From Octopus sinensis (taxonomy: Eukaryota): DNA of 64,000 bases. The stretch lies in the NCBI RefSeq assembly GCF_006345805.1, contig NC_042997.1, positions 110,608,001-110,672,000 of the forward strand, given 5' to 3'. Every line of letters begins with the position of its first letter. The stretch's first letter is position 1. The notes beneath the pieces are model-generated. The model was given only the letters and a program-made list of their open reading frames with translations, was not told where the DNA came from and made no database searches. Below are positions 40,785-52,115 of the stretch, in pieces. The position numbers and the translations under genes were made by a program.

Positions 40785-40953
40785 TCCTTTTTTCCTCTCC
40801 ATAGAAGCATTAAGCTAATATCGTGTTTATTATCTAACATTGCGCCCTCTGGGATGTCTTTTTTCTTTTAAAGAGCTCTCGAAACGGTAAGATGAAATTT
40901 GAGGAAGGCATGGATGCTATTTCTAGTAGGTACAGCAACCAGGTATACTACTA

Positions 40954-40990
<37 letters not shown>

Positions 40991-41217
40991 GGTGGTGGTG
41001 TGGTGGTGGTGGTGGTGGTAATAGTAGTAGTAGTTCTTTAGGCCCATGTCAGCCCTGATTGAGAAATATTTATGATTAAAGACGTTCCAGTCGTGGCAAT
41101 TCCGACTTTCTTCGTTCTTTTATTTCGCTTCTGGACAATGTGTCCTTTCTTTAAAAAACGATAAGGTATGATTTGGAGACGGATTGGGCTATTGGAGATA
41201 GCAGGTCGAGACAGAGA

Positions 41218-41257
<40 letters not shown>

Positions 41258-41270
41258 GACAGAGAGAGAA

Positions 41271-41317
<47 letters not shown>

Positions 41318-41374
41318 AAGAGAGAGAGGAAATGATTTTGTGCAGACAGGTGACTTCGTGTATTTTTGTTGCTC

Positions 41375-41409
<35 letters not shown>

Positions 41410-41804
41410 CATCACCACCACCGCCACCACTACTACCATCATCACCGCCACCATAAATGCTAGCACCACCACCACCACCGTTACCGTCATCATCATCATC
41501 ATCACCAACAAGAGCGGTGGCGGTGCTTCTACGGTGCGATCAGGACTAGAAAACGGTTGGAACCAGTGAAATAATTACAACAATCACCATGGCAACAACG
41601 ACCGGGACCACCACTAAGACTGCTACAACAACAATAACAGCAGCAGCAGCAGCAGCAAGGCAGCAACAAGTCACACTTAGAGACAGCCACGATTCAATAA
41701 CGATCAACATACGTCAGTCGTGAATGTCATGGCTACTACTACTACTACCACTACCACTACTACTACCACTACTACCACTACCACTACTACTACCACTACC
41801 ACCG

Positions 41805-41839
<35 letters not shown>

Positions 41840-42672
41840 GCTGCTGCTACTGCTGCTGCTGCTGCTGCTATCAACATTATCAGCAGGAGTATCAATAACA
41901 GCCCCCCCCCAACTATCACCATTATCACTACCATCACCATCATCATCAGACTATATCCTCCTCCCCCTCCTGCTCATCACTCCTACCACTTGTTTTGAGT
42001 TATAAATATAAATTGGATCTCTCTCTCTCTCCGTTATGCGTATTTTCTTGGTCTCAAATCACGCTCCACCGTCTTAAAAACAGAAAGACATATTGGATGA
42101 AAGTAGTCTGTGGTTATTTTTAAAAAAACAGTAACAGATGAGCTGGTCATGGCTGGATTGCCTTCGGTCGTAACCGACCTGGGACTTAACAACCACATGA
42201 ACAACATATTAGTAGAGTTAAGGCGGCAAGCAGGCAGAGTTGTTAAGGCTTAGCGGCATTTCGTCTGCCGCTACGTCATGGGTTCAAACACCATCGATGT
42301 CGACTTCGCCTTTCATCCTTTCGAGTCGATAAAATAAGTACCAGTTTAGTACTAGAGTCGATATAATCAACTTACCTCCGCCCCTCCCCGAAATTGCTGG
42401 CCATGGGCCAACATTTGAAATCGATACATTGACAGAGTCGGCAGAGCATCGGATAAGAATATAAACTGTTACTCTTTTTACTCTTTTACTTGTTTCAGTC
42501 ATTTGACTGTGGCCATGCTGGAGCACCGCCTTTAGCCGAGCAAATCGACCCCATGACTTATTCTTTGTAAGCCTAGTACTTATTCTGTCTGTCTCTTTTG
42601 TCGAACCGCTAAGTTTCGGGGATGTAAACACACCAGCATCGGTTGTCGAGCGATGTCGGGAGGACAAACACA

Positions 42673-42765
<93 letters not shown>

Positions 42766-43269
42766 CATATATACGACTAGCTTCTTCCAGTTTCCGTCTA
42801 CCAAATCCTCTCACAAGGCTTTGGTCGGCCCGAGGCTATAGTAGAAGACACTTGCCCAAGGTGCCACGCAGTGGGACTGAACCCGGAACCATGTGGTTCG
42901 TAAGCAAGCTACTTACCATACAACCACTCCTACGCCTATTATATTCTGTCTTCAAATCGCATCAATGTCGACTCTATCATCTTTATGGGGCCAATTAGAT
43001 ACAGTGCCAGTCAAATACTGGATCTCGCTTCTATTCCTGCAATATATCCTGGCTAGAATTTACAATCGAAAACTCAAAGCAGACCTCGAGGGGAAAGGGC
43101 AAGACACTGAAAAGGTCGCGAATAGCGACGAATGAACTTTGACGAATAAACAACCGACTGACTGTTTAATCAGCGCATTAAACAAACGATCGTTCAATGA
43201 AGAAGTGATATTGAAGCGTGTGTTGTTATTGGCATAATGACCCTCCTAAGACACAAGACCAACACGATA

Positions 43270-43382
43270 CAGTTCTGTATTTAAGAGATGAGGAATTATG
43301 TACATTATTTACTGCCGAAACGTTATGTTAACAACAAACAAGATGAGGACAAATATCCGTCAAATGTAAATAATGCACATAA
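43270..43382 (+). mobile_element. Truncated copy of the hammerhead-bearing Penelope-type element (inverted 3' piece plus forward 3' piece)
   Basis: CAGTTCTGTATTTAAGAGATGAGGAATTATGTACATTATTTAC (inverted 3' end) joined to GCCGAAACGTTATGTTAACAACAAACAAGATGAGGACAAATATCCGTCAAATGTAAATAATG. Confidence 0.8.
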
Positions 43383-43739
43383 CACAGTTGAGTTTACAAG
43401 CTGACAGCGAGACTCCAGATGCGAGAAATAGCATCAAATCACAGTTGGCTGTTCAACTCGTACATCGAATTCGGAAGGTTGAAAAGCAAAGTCGACCTTG
43501 GCATCAGACGAGGTGGGGGAACATTACAAGGACAATCTGCATAAAAAAGGTTCATGGAAGGGAGAAGAGGAGGAAATGAGATAAAAGTAAATAAAATATG
43601 TGAACGTATCTTTGATGCAAAATTCCTGATGTAGGAGACACACCAATTTGGATTAACCAATGAACCCAACGGATTCAGGATTACCCTGGCACCAAATGCA
43701 CGAACTCTTGCTCAACTGTTCTCCAATCTAAAGGCACCC

Positions 43740-44280
43740 GCTTACTGTAGGTTCATTCACCCTTGCCAGTTTTTCCGCAGTTACTCAAAGGAAGAGTATT
43801 TCTCTCTTCTTTCCTTTTCAAGCAGAATTCTAAAATAATCAATGAGGGCGTGGCCAAAGAGAAACGTTTCTGTCCTTAATCCTTCCAGCTTCGTCCACAA
43901 CACAATCTCATCCGCCATAGCAACGAAACAGACAAATACTGTTTGCTCTGCTTACTTAAAGGTGAGAGTGATGAGGCGACTCGCGACGAATTCAGCCGAG
44001 TTCGTCGTATATTCGACGACAGTTAGTCATCAGAACTCCACAAGTCAGCAACGCTCGATCACTGCTTGAGTGCAAACAGTGCAGTTTCATTGCCCTGAGT
44101 GAATCTCGGGCTGACTCACCGGGTGGTCGTTCCGTTCTCGTAGAGTTTATCTCGAACTGGCATGGACCCCGCTGAGATTTCTAGAAGCCACAAAGTCTGT
44201 CGAACCAGACCAGTTAGTTCGTTCTCCTTAATACCTTAAGTTCTTTCGAAGAACATCATCGCTTTTACCCACCACCAGAT
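43740..44280 (-). mobile_element. Decayed 3' part of an L1/Tx1-like LINE ORF2
   Basis: Minus-strand translation SMPVRDKLYENG..PRFTQGNETALFALKQ*SSVADLW (eroded CCHC knuckle CPRC..ET..H...C) and AMADEIVLWTKLEGLRTETFLFGHALIDYF. Confidence 0.6.
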
Positions 44281-44550
44281 TGCTATATATAGCTTTCGAA
44301 TTTTGGCACAAGGCCAGCAATTTTGAAGAGGGATAAGTCTGTTACATCGACCCCGGGGCTCGACTGGTGCTTATTTTATCGAGCCCGAAAGGATAAAAAG
44401 TAAAGTTGATTTCTGTGGTATTTGAACCTAGAACATAAAGACGGACGAAATACCCTCTAAGCATTTTGTTCAGAACGATAACAATTCTGCTAGATCACCA
44501 CCGATATCTACATATTACCTACATCAATCTTCCACCGACCAATTTTGCCC

Positions 44551-46345
44551 GACTGTAAAGAACAGTGAGCGCCTGGCGAAACTGTACAGAGCAGTGAGGG
44601 CCTTGCGAGACTGTAGAGAGCAGAGAGCGCCTGGCGAGACTGTAGAGAGCAGTGAGCGCCTGGCGAGACTGTAGAGAGCATAGGGCGCCTGGAGAGACTG
44701 CAAGGAGCGGTGAGCGCCTGGCAAGACTGTAGAGAGCAGTGAGTGCCTTGCGAAACTGTAGAGAGCAGAGAGCGTCTGGCAAGACTGTAGAGAGCAGTGA
44801 GCGCCTTGCGAGACTGTAGAGAGCAGTGGGCGCCTGACGAGACTGTAGAGAGCAGAGAGTGCCTTGCGGAACTATAGAGAGCAGTGAGCGCCTGGCGAGA
44901 ATGTAGAGATCAGTGAGCGCCTTGCGAGACTGTAGAGAGCAGTGGGCGACTAACGAGACTGTAGAGATCAATGAGCGCCTTGCGAGACTGTAGAGAGCAG
45001 TGAGCGACTGGCGAAACTGTAGAGAGCAGTGAGCGCCTGGCGAGTCTGTAGAGAGCAGTGAGCAACTGGCGAGACTGTAGAGAGCAGAGTGCGCCTTGCG
45101 AGACTGTAGAGAGCAGTGGGCGCCTGGCAAGACTGCAGAGAGCAGTGAGGGCCTTGCGAGACTGTAGAGAGTAGTTAGGGCCTTGCGGTTCTGTAGAGAG
45201 CAGTGAGCGCCTTTCGAGACTGTAAAGAGCAGTGAGCGCCTGGAGAGACTGTAGAGAGCAGTGAGGGCCTTGCGAGACTGTAGAGAGCAGAGGGCGGCTG
45301 CGAGACTGTAGAGAGCAGTGAGCGCTTGGCGAGACTGCAGAGAGCAGTGAGGGCCTTGCGGGACTGTAGAGAGCAGTGAGCGCCTGGCGAGATTAAAGAG
45401 AGCAGAGAGAGTCTGGCGAGACTGTTGAGAGCAGAGAGCACTTGCGAGACTGTTGAGAACAGAGAGCGCCTGGCGAGACTGTACAGATCAGTGAGCGCCT
45501 TGCGAGACTGTAGAGAGCAGTGAGCCCCTGGCGAAACTCTAGAGAGCAGTGAGCGCCTTGCAAAACTGTTGAGAACAGTGAGGGTCTTGCGAGATTGTAG
45601 AGAGCAGAGGGCGCCTGGTTAGACTGTATAGAGCAGAGAGCGCCTGGCGAGACTGTAAAGAGCAGTGAGCGCCTGGCAAGACTGTAGAGAGCAGTGAGGG
45701 CCTTGCGAGACTGTAGAGAGCAGTTAGGGCCTTGCGGTTCTGTAGAGAGCAGTGAGCGCCTTTCGAGACTGTAGAGAGCAGTGAGCGCCTGGAGAGACTG
45801 TAGAGAGCAGTGAGGGCCTTGCGCGACTGTAGAGAACACTGAACGCCTGGAGAGACTATAGGGATCAGTGAGCGCCTGGCGAGTGTAGAGAGCAGTGAGC
45901 GCCTGGTGAGATTGTAGAGAGCAGTGAGTGCCTGTCGAGACTGCAGAGAGCAGTGAGCGCTTGGCGAGGCTGTAGAGAGCAGTTAGGGCCTTGCGGTTCT
46001 GTAGAGAGCAGTGAGCGCCTGGCGAGATTGTAGAAAGCAGTGAACGCCTTTCGAGACTGTAGAGAGCAGTGAGCACCTGGCGAGACTGTTGAGAGCAGCG
46101 AGCGCCTGGCGAGACTATATAGATCACTGAACTCCTTGCGGTTCTGTAGAGAGCAGAGAGCGCCTGGCGAGACTGTAGAGAGCAGTGAACACCTGGCAAG
46201 ACTGTAGAGAGCAGTAAACGCCTGGTGAGACTGTAGGGAGCAGAGTGCGCCTGGCGAGACTGTAGGGAGCAGTGAACACCTGGGGAGACTCTAGAGAGCA
46301 GTGAGCACCTGGCGAGACTGTAAAGGGCAGTGAACGCCTTGCGAG
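44551..46345. repeat. Minisatellite, 29-bp unit GAGACTGTAGAGAGCAGTGAGCGCCTGGC, about 62 copies
   Basis: Contiguous units with substitutions and few indels, no spacers. Confidence 0.97.
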
Positions 46346-47928
46346 TTTGTAGATGGAAACTGAAAGAAGCTCGTCGTATACATATATAAATGTGTGTGTG
46401 TGTGTGTGTGTGTGTGTATTTGTCTGTCTGTGTTTGTCCCTCACCATCACTTGACACCGATGTTGGTGTGTTTACGTCTCTGTAACATAGCGGTTCGGCA
46501 AAAAAGACCGATAGAATAAGTACTAGGCTTACAAAGAATAAGTCCTGGGTGGCGATTTTTTCGACCATGGGTAGTGCTCCAGCACGGCCACAGTTGAATG
46601 ACTGAAAAGAATAAAAGAATAAAAGAATGCGAGAACACAACGAAAACGAATATAGAATGTCGTCATCAGAGACGGATGTGACGTTCGTTTCAGCCAGTTT
46701 TACTTCATCGGAAAACAATGGCATTACTAAAAAAGATTCATTTCTTACTTTGTCTCACCGTACAATAATATAGTTTTAGTTCGAGTCGTCAAATGGAGAA
46801 CCACAATGTAGTCGCTGGACCAGCTAGAAATAACTGAAGCATGCCTCAAATCCCATAAAGAGGACATATTGGATAATGCGGCCCTTGCATAAAGAAAGAA
46901 TACAGGATGGTTACGGTGAGAATATCTTTGAGGATAAGTCTACTCAAGCAGGGACGACCTGGGAATAAACAACATCAATATCTTCAGTTTGTGCTGCCAT
47001 CGAGAGAGCCGCTGGTTTGGCTATTGTTGCTAGGGTACATGTCGTTTTGTTTTTCGATTGAACCCAGCTCGATTTTGTGGCAGTATTTATCCTTCAAAGC
47101 ACGCAGGGCCTTCGGTTTGATGAGGATATTTTCTGGCCCTAAACAACAACGATAACAACAATATCTCATCTCTTCAGTTTATATTTCCAATCAGATTTTT
47201 AACACTCCAAATCGTCTCTAATCCTTCAGCACCAGAAACCATTTATTAATTTTTACTGAAGTGATCTTTTACTTTTGTTTCTGGAAAACCAGCAATTGCC
47301 AACTCAGTAAATTGTTCCAAATGTCTTTAAAGAAAAGCGAACCATTTATTTTAAGTACCAAAATCTTAGGATTACCATTTGTTGCAATAAAAACGAACTG
47401 GTGTCCATTGGAAGAACTAAAAGACTCTGACCGAACGGTGCTTGAATCAAGTCACCACCTTGTCAGAAGTCTGGAACTCATTCTCATCATCTTTATCGTT
47501 ATGGTTCTGTGCCACCATAAACGAAGACCCTGGTGCCACAGTGAGGTCCTTATAAACGTTTTTTTATATCAAGGGCACAGTTTTATTGTTGTTGTTTCAA
47601 TCTTTTGTTAGAAGTAAAAAAAAAATGGTTTAAATCTTTTTTTAATGTCGCGTTGCTGAAAACTGGGTCTTCGAATTTACTTGTAGCACATTGCATTGTG
47701 AAGGCACGTGACTCAGTGGTTAGGGTATTCAATTCATGGTCGTGGGTTCGATTCGTGGCGGCGCGTCATGTCCTTGAGCAAGACACTTTATTCCATGTTG
47801 CTCCAGTCCACTCGGCTGGCAAAAATGAGTTGTACCAGTAATTCAAACGGTCAGCCTTGTCACATTCGGTATGTCATACTGAATCTCCCTGAGATTTACG
47901 TTAAGGGTATGCATGTCCGTGGAGAACA

Positions 47929-48332
47929 AGGCGGCGAACTGGCAGAATCGTTAGCACGCCGGGAAAAATGCTTAGCGGTATTTCGTCTGCCGCAACGTTG
48001 TGAGTTTGAATTCCGCCGAGGTCGACTTTGCCTTTCATCCTTTCGGGGTCGATAAATTAAGTACCAGTTACGCACTGGGGTCGATGTAATTGACTTATAC
48101 CTATGTCTGTCCTTGTTTGTCCCCTCTATGTTTAGCCCCTTGTGGGTAGTAAAGAAATAGGTATTTCGTCTGCCGCTTCGATCTGCCGAGGTCGACTTTG
48201 CTTTTCATCCTTTCGGGGTTGATAAATTAAGTACCAGTTGCGCACTGGGGTCGATATAATCAACTTAATCCGTTTGTCTGTCCTTGTTTGTCCTCTCTGA
48301 GTTTAGCCCCTTGTGAGTAGTAAAGAAATAGG
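47929..48332 (+). mobile_element. SINE family A dimer inserted into a family D SINE
   Basis: Family D sequence resumes after the insertion; GCATGTCCGTGGAG / GCATGCCCGTGGAG flanks it as an apparent TSD. Confidence 0.75.
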
Positions 48333-49097
48333 CATGCATGCCCGTGGAGTACTAAGCCACTTGCACGTTAATTCCACAAGCAGGCTGTTCCGCTGATCGG
48401 ATCAACTGGAACACTCGTTATCATAACCAAAGGTGTGCACTCCCACCATCACCTTCTTTTTCAGCATATTCCAAGGAATGAAGGAACGGGATAGAAACAC
48501 TTCTTCGCCAAAGTTGTCAACTGCCCCCATAAGACAGACAGACATAAAACGACAGAATTAAATTTAAATTCAAATATGGCTTTTCGTGAGGCTTACTACG
48601 GTAGAGATACCCCACCAAGGGTTCCTACTGAAACAGCCTCATAAATACTCCTGATGATTCCACCACGTAGGGACCAAACCTATTTATGAAAGATTTTTGC
48701 TATAACAATATAGGCACAGGTATGGCTGTGAGGCAAGAAGTTTGCTTTCCAACCACATGGTTCCGGGTTCAGTCCCACTGCGTAGCACTTTGGGTAAGTC
48801 TCTTCTTTTACGGTTTTGGGCCGACCAAAGCCTTGTGAGTGGATTTGGTTAACGGAAACTGAAAGAAGCCCGTCCTATGTGAGTGCGCGCGCGCATGTAT
48901 GTGACCACCACTTGACAACCAATATTGGTTTGTTTACATCCCCGTAACCTAGCGGTTCAGCAAAATAGACCGATAGAATATATGCCAGGCTTTAAAAAAA
49001 TACTAGGGACGATTCATTCAACAAAAAATTCTTCAAGATAGTGCACCAAATGAGGGAAACGAGTAAATGATAAAAGATGACATTATTCCACCATATT

Positions 49098-49420
49098 AAG
49101 ATGACGAGCTGGCAGAATCGTTAGCACGCTGGACGAAATGCATAGCAGTAGTTCGTCTGCAGTTACGTTCTGAGTTCAAATTCCGCCGAGGTCGACTTTG
49201 CCTTTCATTCTTTCGAGGTCGATTAAATAAGTACCAGTTACGCACTGGGGTCGATATAATCAACTTAATCCGTTTGTCTGTCCTTGTTTGTCCCTTCTGT
49301 GTTTAGCTCCTTGTGGGTAGTAAAGAAATAGGTATTTCGACTGCCGCTACGTTCTGGGTTCAAATTCCGTCGAGATCAATGCAATCGACTAGTCCCCTCT
49401 CACCAAAATTCCAAGAAAGG
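49098..49420 (+). mobile_element. SINE family A copy with 16-bp TSD
   Basis: ATTATTCCACCATATT at 49082-49097 and 49421-49436. Confidence 0.85.
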
Positions 49421-50504
49421 ATTATTCCACCATATTTCATGTTCCTTAATACACATTTTTGTCGAAGGATTCTCAAAGACACTGTATTTTTGTCTTCTCT
49501 TCCGATAGATATGTCATCCATGAGAGTTACCATCTCGTTCCTGGCGGTCGGTTAGGTTCAGCAGAAATATGTCTAACGTTCACATCGACTCTTCATGAAA
49601 ACAAAGCTTGATTAGTTGATTGTTCTCGGTAAAATATTCCAGCTGTGACCAGACCACGTTTGACGTTCAACAGATGGTTCCCTCTCCAAATAATGTTTAT
49701 TCTTAGACAATCAACTGTATTGTCATGTATGGGGAAAAGTAGCCATCCAAATATTGTTAAAATAACAGCTAAACAGGCCTCAAATGACACCAGCACTGTG
49801 AGCTCAACCATTTTTTAACCCATGAATTCCTTTGATTCGTAGTTTACTCGGATGTGCCCTCATAGTCACTCGATGTTTAAAAAGTCCTATTATATTTTTA
49901 GAATGAAATATTATTAAGATCTTCAGTTGTGTCTGGGGAGAGTCATTCTCTTTTAGTGCCTTATGATTTGACACACTCACCGGTAAAGTTTGCACTCGTT
50001 TATTTATTTTTCTAGAATTTTCGTTGCGTCTGGCAACCTTTTCAAAAGTTGTTGACTCTGTTAATCAAGCTGCGTTCTTATAAGGCACAAAAAGAAAATG
50101 ACTCTCCCCAGACACAACAGAATATGCTTCAACACACGAACTCACATAAAGAATCTTGAAAACCAAATCTAAAAACGAACTATTATTAGGAATTGTATGA
50201 GAAATTCGTTAAATATTTTGTGTATTCTAGAAATATGATCAATTTAATGCATGTAATTTTAAGTAAAAAAAAGTCTATGAATCGCCGAGGGACATTTGAA
50301 CCGCGGTTGAGAAACGCTGCTTTAGCGTCTCAAAAATGAGACAAAAACAAACGAATAGTGGACGATGTAGCCGGGCTATTTGAGGTTGGATTGTCTGTTA
50401 TCATAGGTCTGTTTGTTTACAAGAGTTATACCAAAAGCTGTTTCGTATGTGAAGGGGTAACCGAGAATGTTAGGACAGTAGAAAAGAGAAAGTTGTGACA
50501 TTTA

Positions 50505-51015
50505 CCGTAAATCCTCGAGTATAATCCGCATTTTTTTCCCCAAAATTTAACGGTCAAAATCCCTAGTGCGTACTAAATACGAGATTAAAAATGAAAAATA
50601 TTTTCTAAGCAATGCCCGAGTCTCTATTTGCTGTTCGGCAATGTTTATTCAGATGCATTTTGTGATGTCGGGCGCGAAAATACCTTCAACTAAGCCTGAA
50701 AGCAATGAAGTCATAAAAGCATCATCCATAACTTGCAGTAAGCAACATTTATTAAAATAAAAGTATTCAGAACACAGAATAACATGTAACAAAAACAATT
50801 TGCAAACATATTTACATTCTCATATAACAGTTAAGAACATCACCATTATTGTATTACGCATGCGCGGAAGTGTTTGTTCAACTAGGTGCTGCTGGCTTAA
50901 TTACGCACGACTCAAGCTAGAGAAGGGGTGCGTATTATACACAAGGTTTAGGTTTTTCAGAAGTACAGCCCCCTACAAAACCCCTCAAGGGCGGAATATA
51001 CTCGAAAATTTACGG
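50505..51015. mobile_element. Tc1/mariner-superfamily (Tc2/pogo-like) MITE, copy 2
   Basis: Same TIRs and TA flanks as 36387-36890; shared ends but a different central segment. Confidence 0.85.
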
Positions 51016-51045
51016 TACTCTGTTTGTAACAAAGTTAACAATTTA

Positions 51046-51420
51046 AACAAGGACACTCAGAGAGTGCAACCCCCCACCAAGGCAACCCCAACGTCTTCTC
51101 AACGATTAGCCGGAAATTATTTTAAAAATTAGAATATCTGAAATAAACTCGACTGCTCTCTCAAACGAGAATACTAAAAATGAACCCGACCGCTCTCAAA
51201 AATTAAGTAAAAAAAAAAACAGGAGAAATAATCGAGAATCCTTGTCCGGTGCCGGATCGATTCCAAAATCTAATCAGTTCGTGCCAGTCACTAGGTCAAA
51301 CATCCCTGAAAGTTTCATCCGCATCTATCCAGGGGTTCTTGAGATATCTGGTCCACGGACAGACAAACAAACGCAACTGAAAAACAATACCTCCGCCTTT
51401 GCTAAAGCGGAAGAAATAAA
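51046..51420 (+). mobile_element. Possible Helentron-associated (HINE/DINE-like) non-autonomous element
   Basis: Starts AACAAG..ACTCAGAGAGTGCAACCCCCCACCAAGGC and ends with hairpin CCTCCGCC-TTTGCTAA-AGCGGAAG in A/T context; class assigned from recalled pattern only. Confidence 0.4.
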
Positions 51421-51498
51421 GAGAAAAGTTTCACTCGAGATTACCAAATGGTGTCCAAGTACAACCTCGGTTTTGCTGCTATTATCGGTGTGCATATC

Positions 51499-52115
51499 AA
51501 GGCGGCGAGCTGGCAGAAACGTTAGCACGCCGGGCGAAATGCTTTGAGGTATTTCATCTGCCGTTATGTTGTGAGTTCAAATTCCGCCGAGGTCGACTTT
51601 GCTTTTCGTCCTTTCGGGGTCGATAAATTAAGTACCAGTTACGCACTGGGGTCGATATAATCGACTTAATCCGTTTGTCTGTCCTTGTTTGTCCCCTCTA
51701 TGTTTAGCCCCTTGTGGGTAATAAAGAAATAGGTATTTCATCTGCCGCTACGTTCTGAGTTCAAATTCCGCCGAGGTCGACTTTGCCTTTCATCCTTTCG
51801 GGGTCGATTAAATAAGTACCAGTTACGCACTGGGGTCGATATAATCGACTTAATCCGTTTGTCTGTCCTTGTTTGTCCCTTCTGTGTTTAGCTCCTTGTG
51901 GGTAGTAAAGAAATAAGCAAGTTGGCAGAATCGTTAACGTGTCGGGTAAAATAGCGGTATTTCGTCCGTATTTACATTCTGAGTTCAAATTCCGCGGAGA
52001 TCGACTTTACCTTTCATCCTTTCGGGGTCGATAAAATAAGTACCAGTCAAGCACTGGAATTGATGTAATCTACTTCCCAGCTCCCCCAAACTAGCTGGCC
52101 TTGCACGAAAATTCG
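51499..52115 (+). mobile_element. SINE family A, multimeric (three cores)
   Basis: AGGTATTTCATCTGCCG recurs about 183 bp apart; a third core with its own partial head follows. Confidence 0.85.

Noticed and set aside
44551-46345. CRISPR-like array (29-bp repeats)
   Set aside because: Units are contiguous with no unique spacers, there are no cas genes, and the context is eukaryotic
45393-46724. 443-aa minus-strand ORF as a real gene
   Set aside because: It starts in SINE sequence and stays open only because the 29-bp unit lacks stops on that strand
47180-47600. Possible LINE ORF1 remnant on the minus strand (GNPKILVLKINGSL)
   Set aside because: Similarity too weak to support without an HMM search
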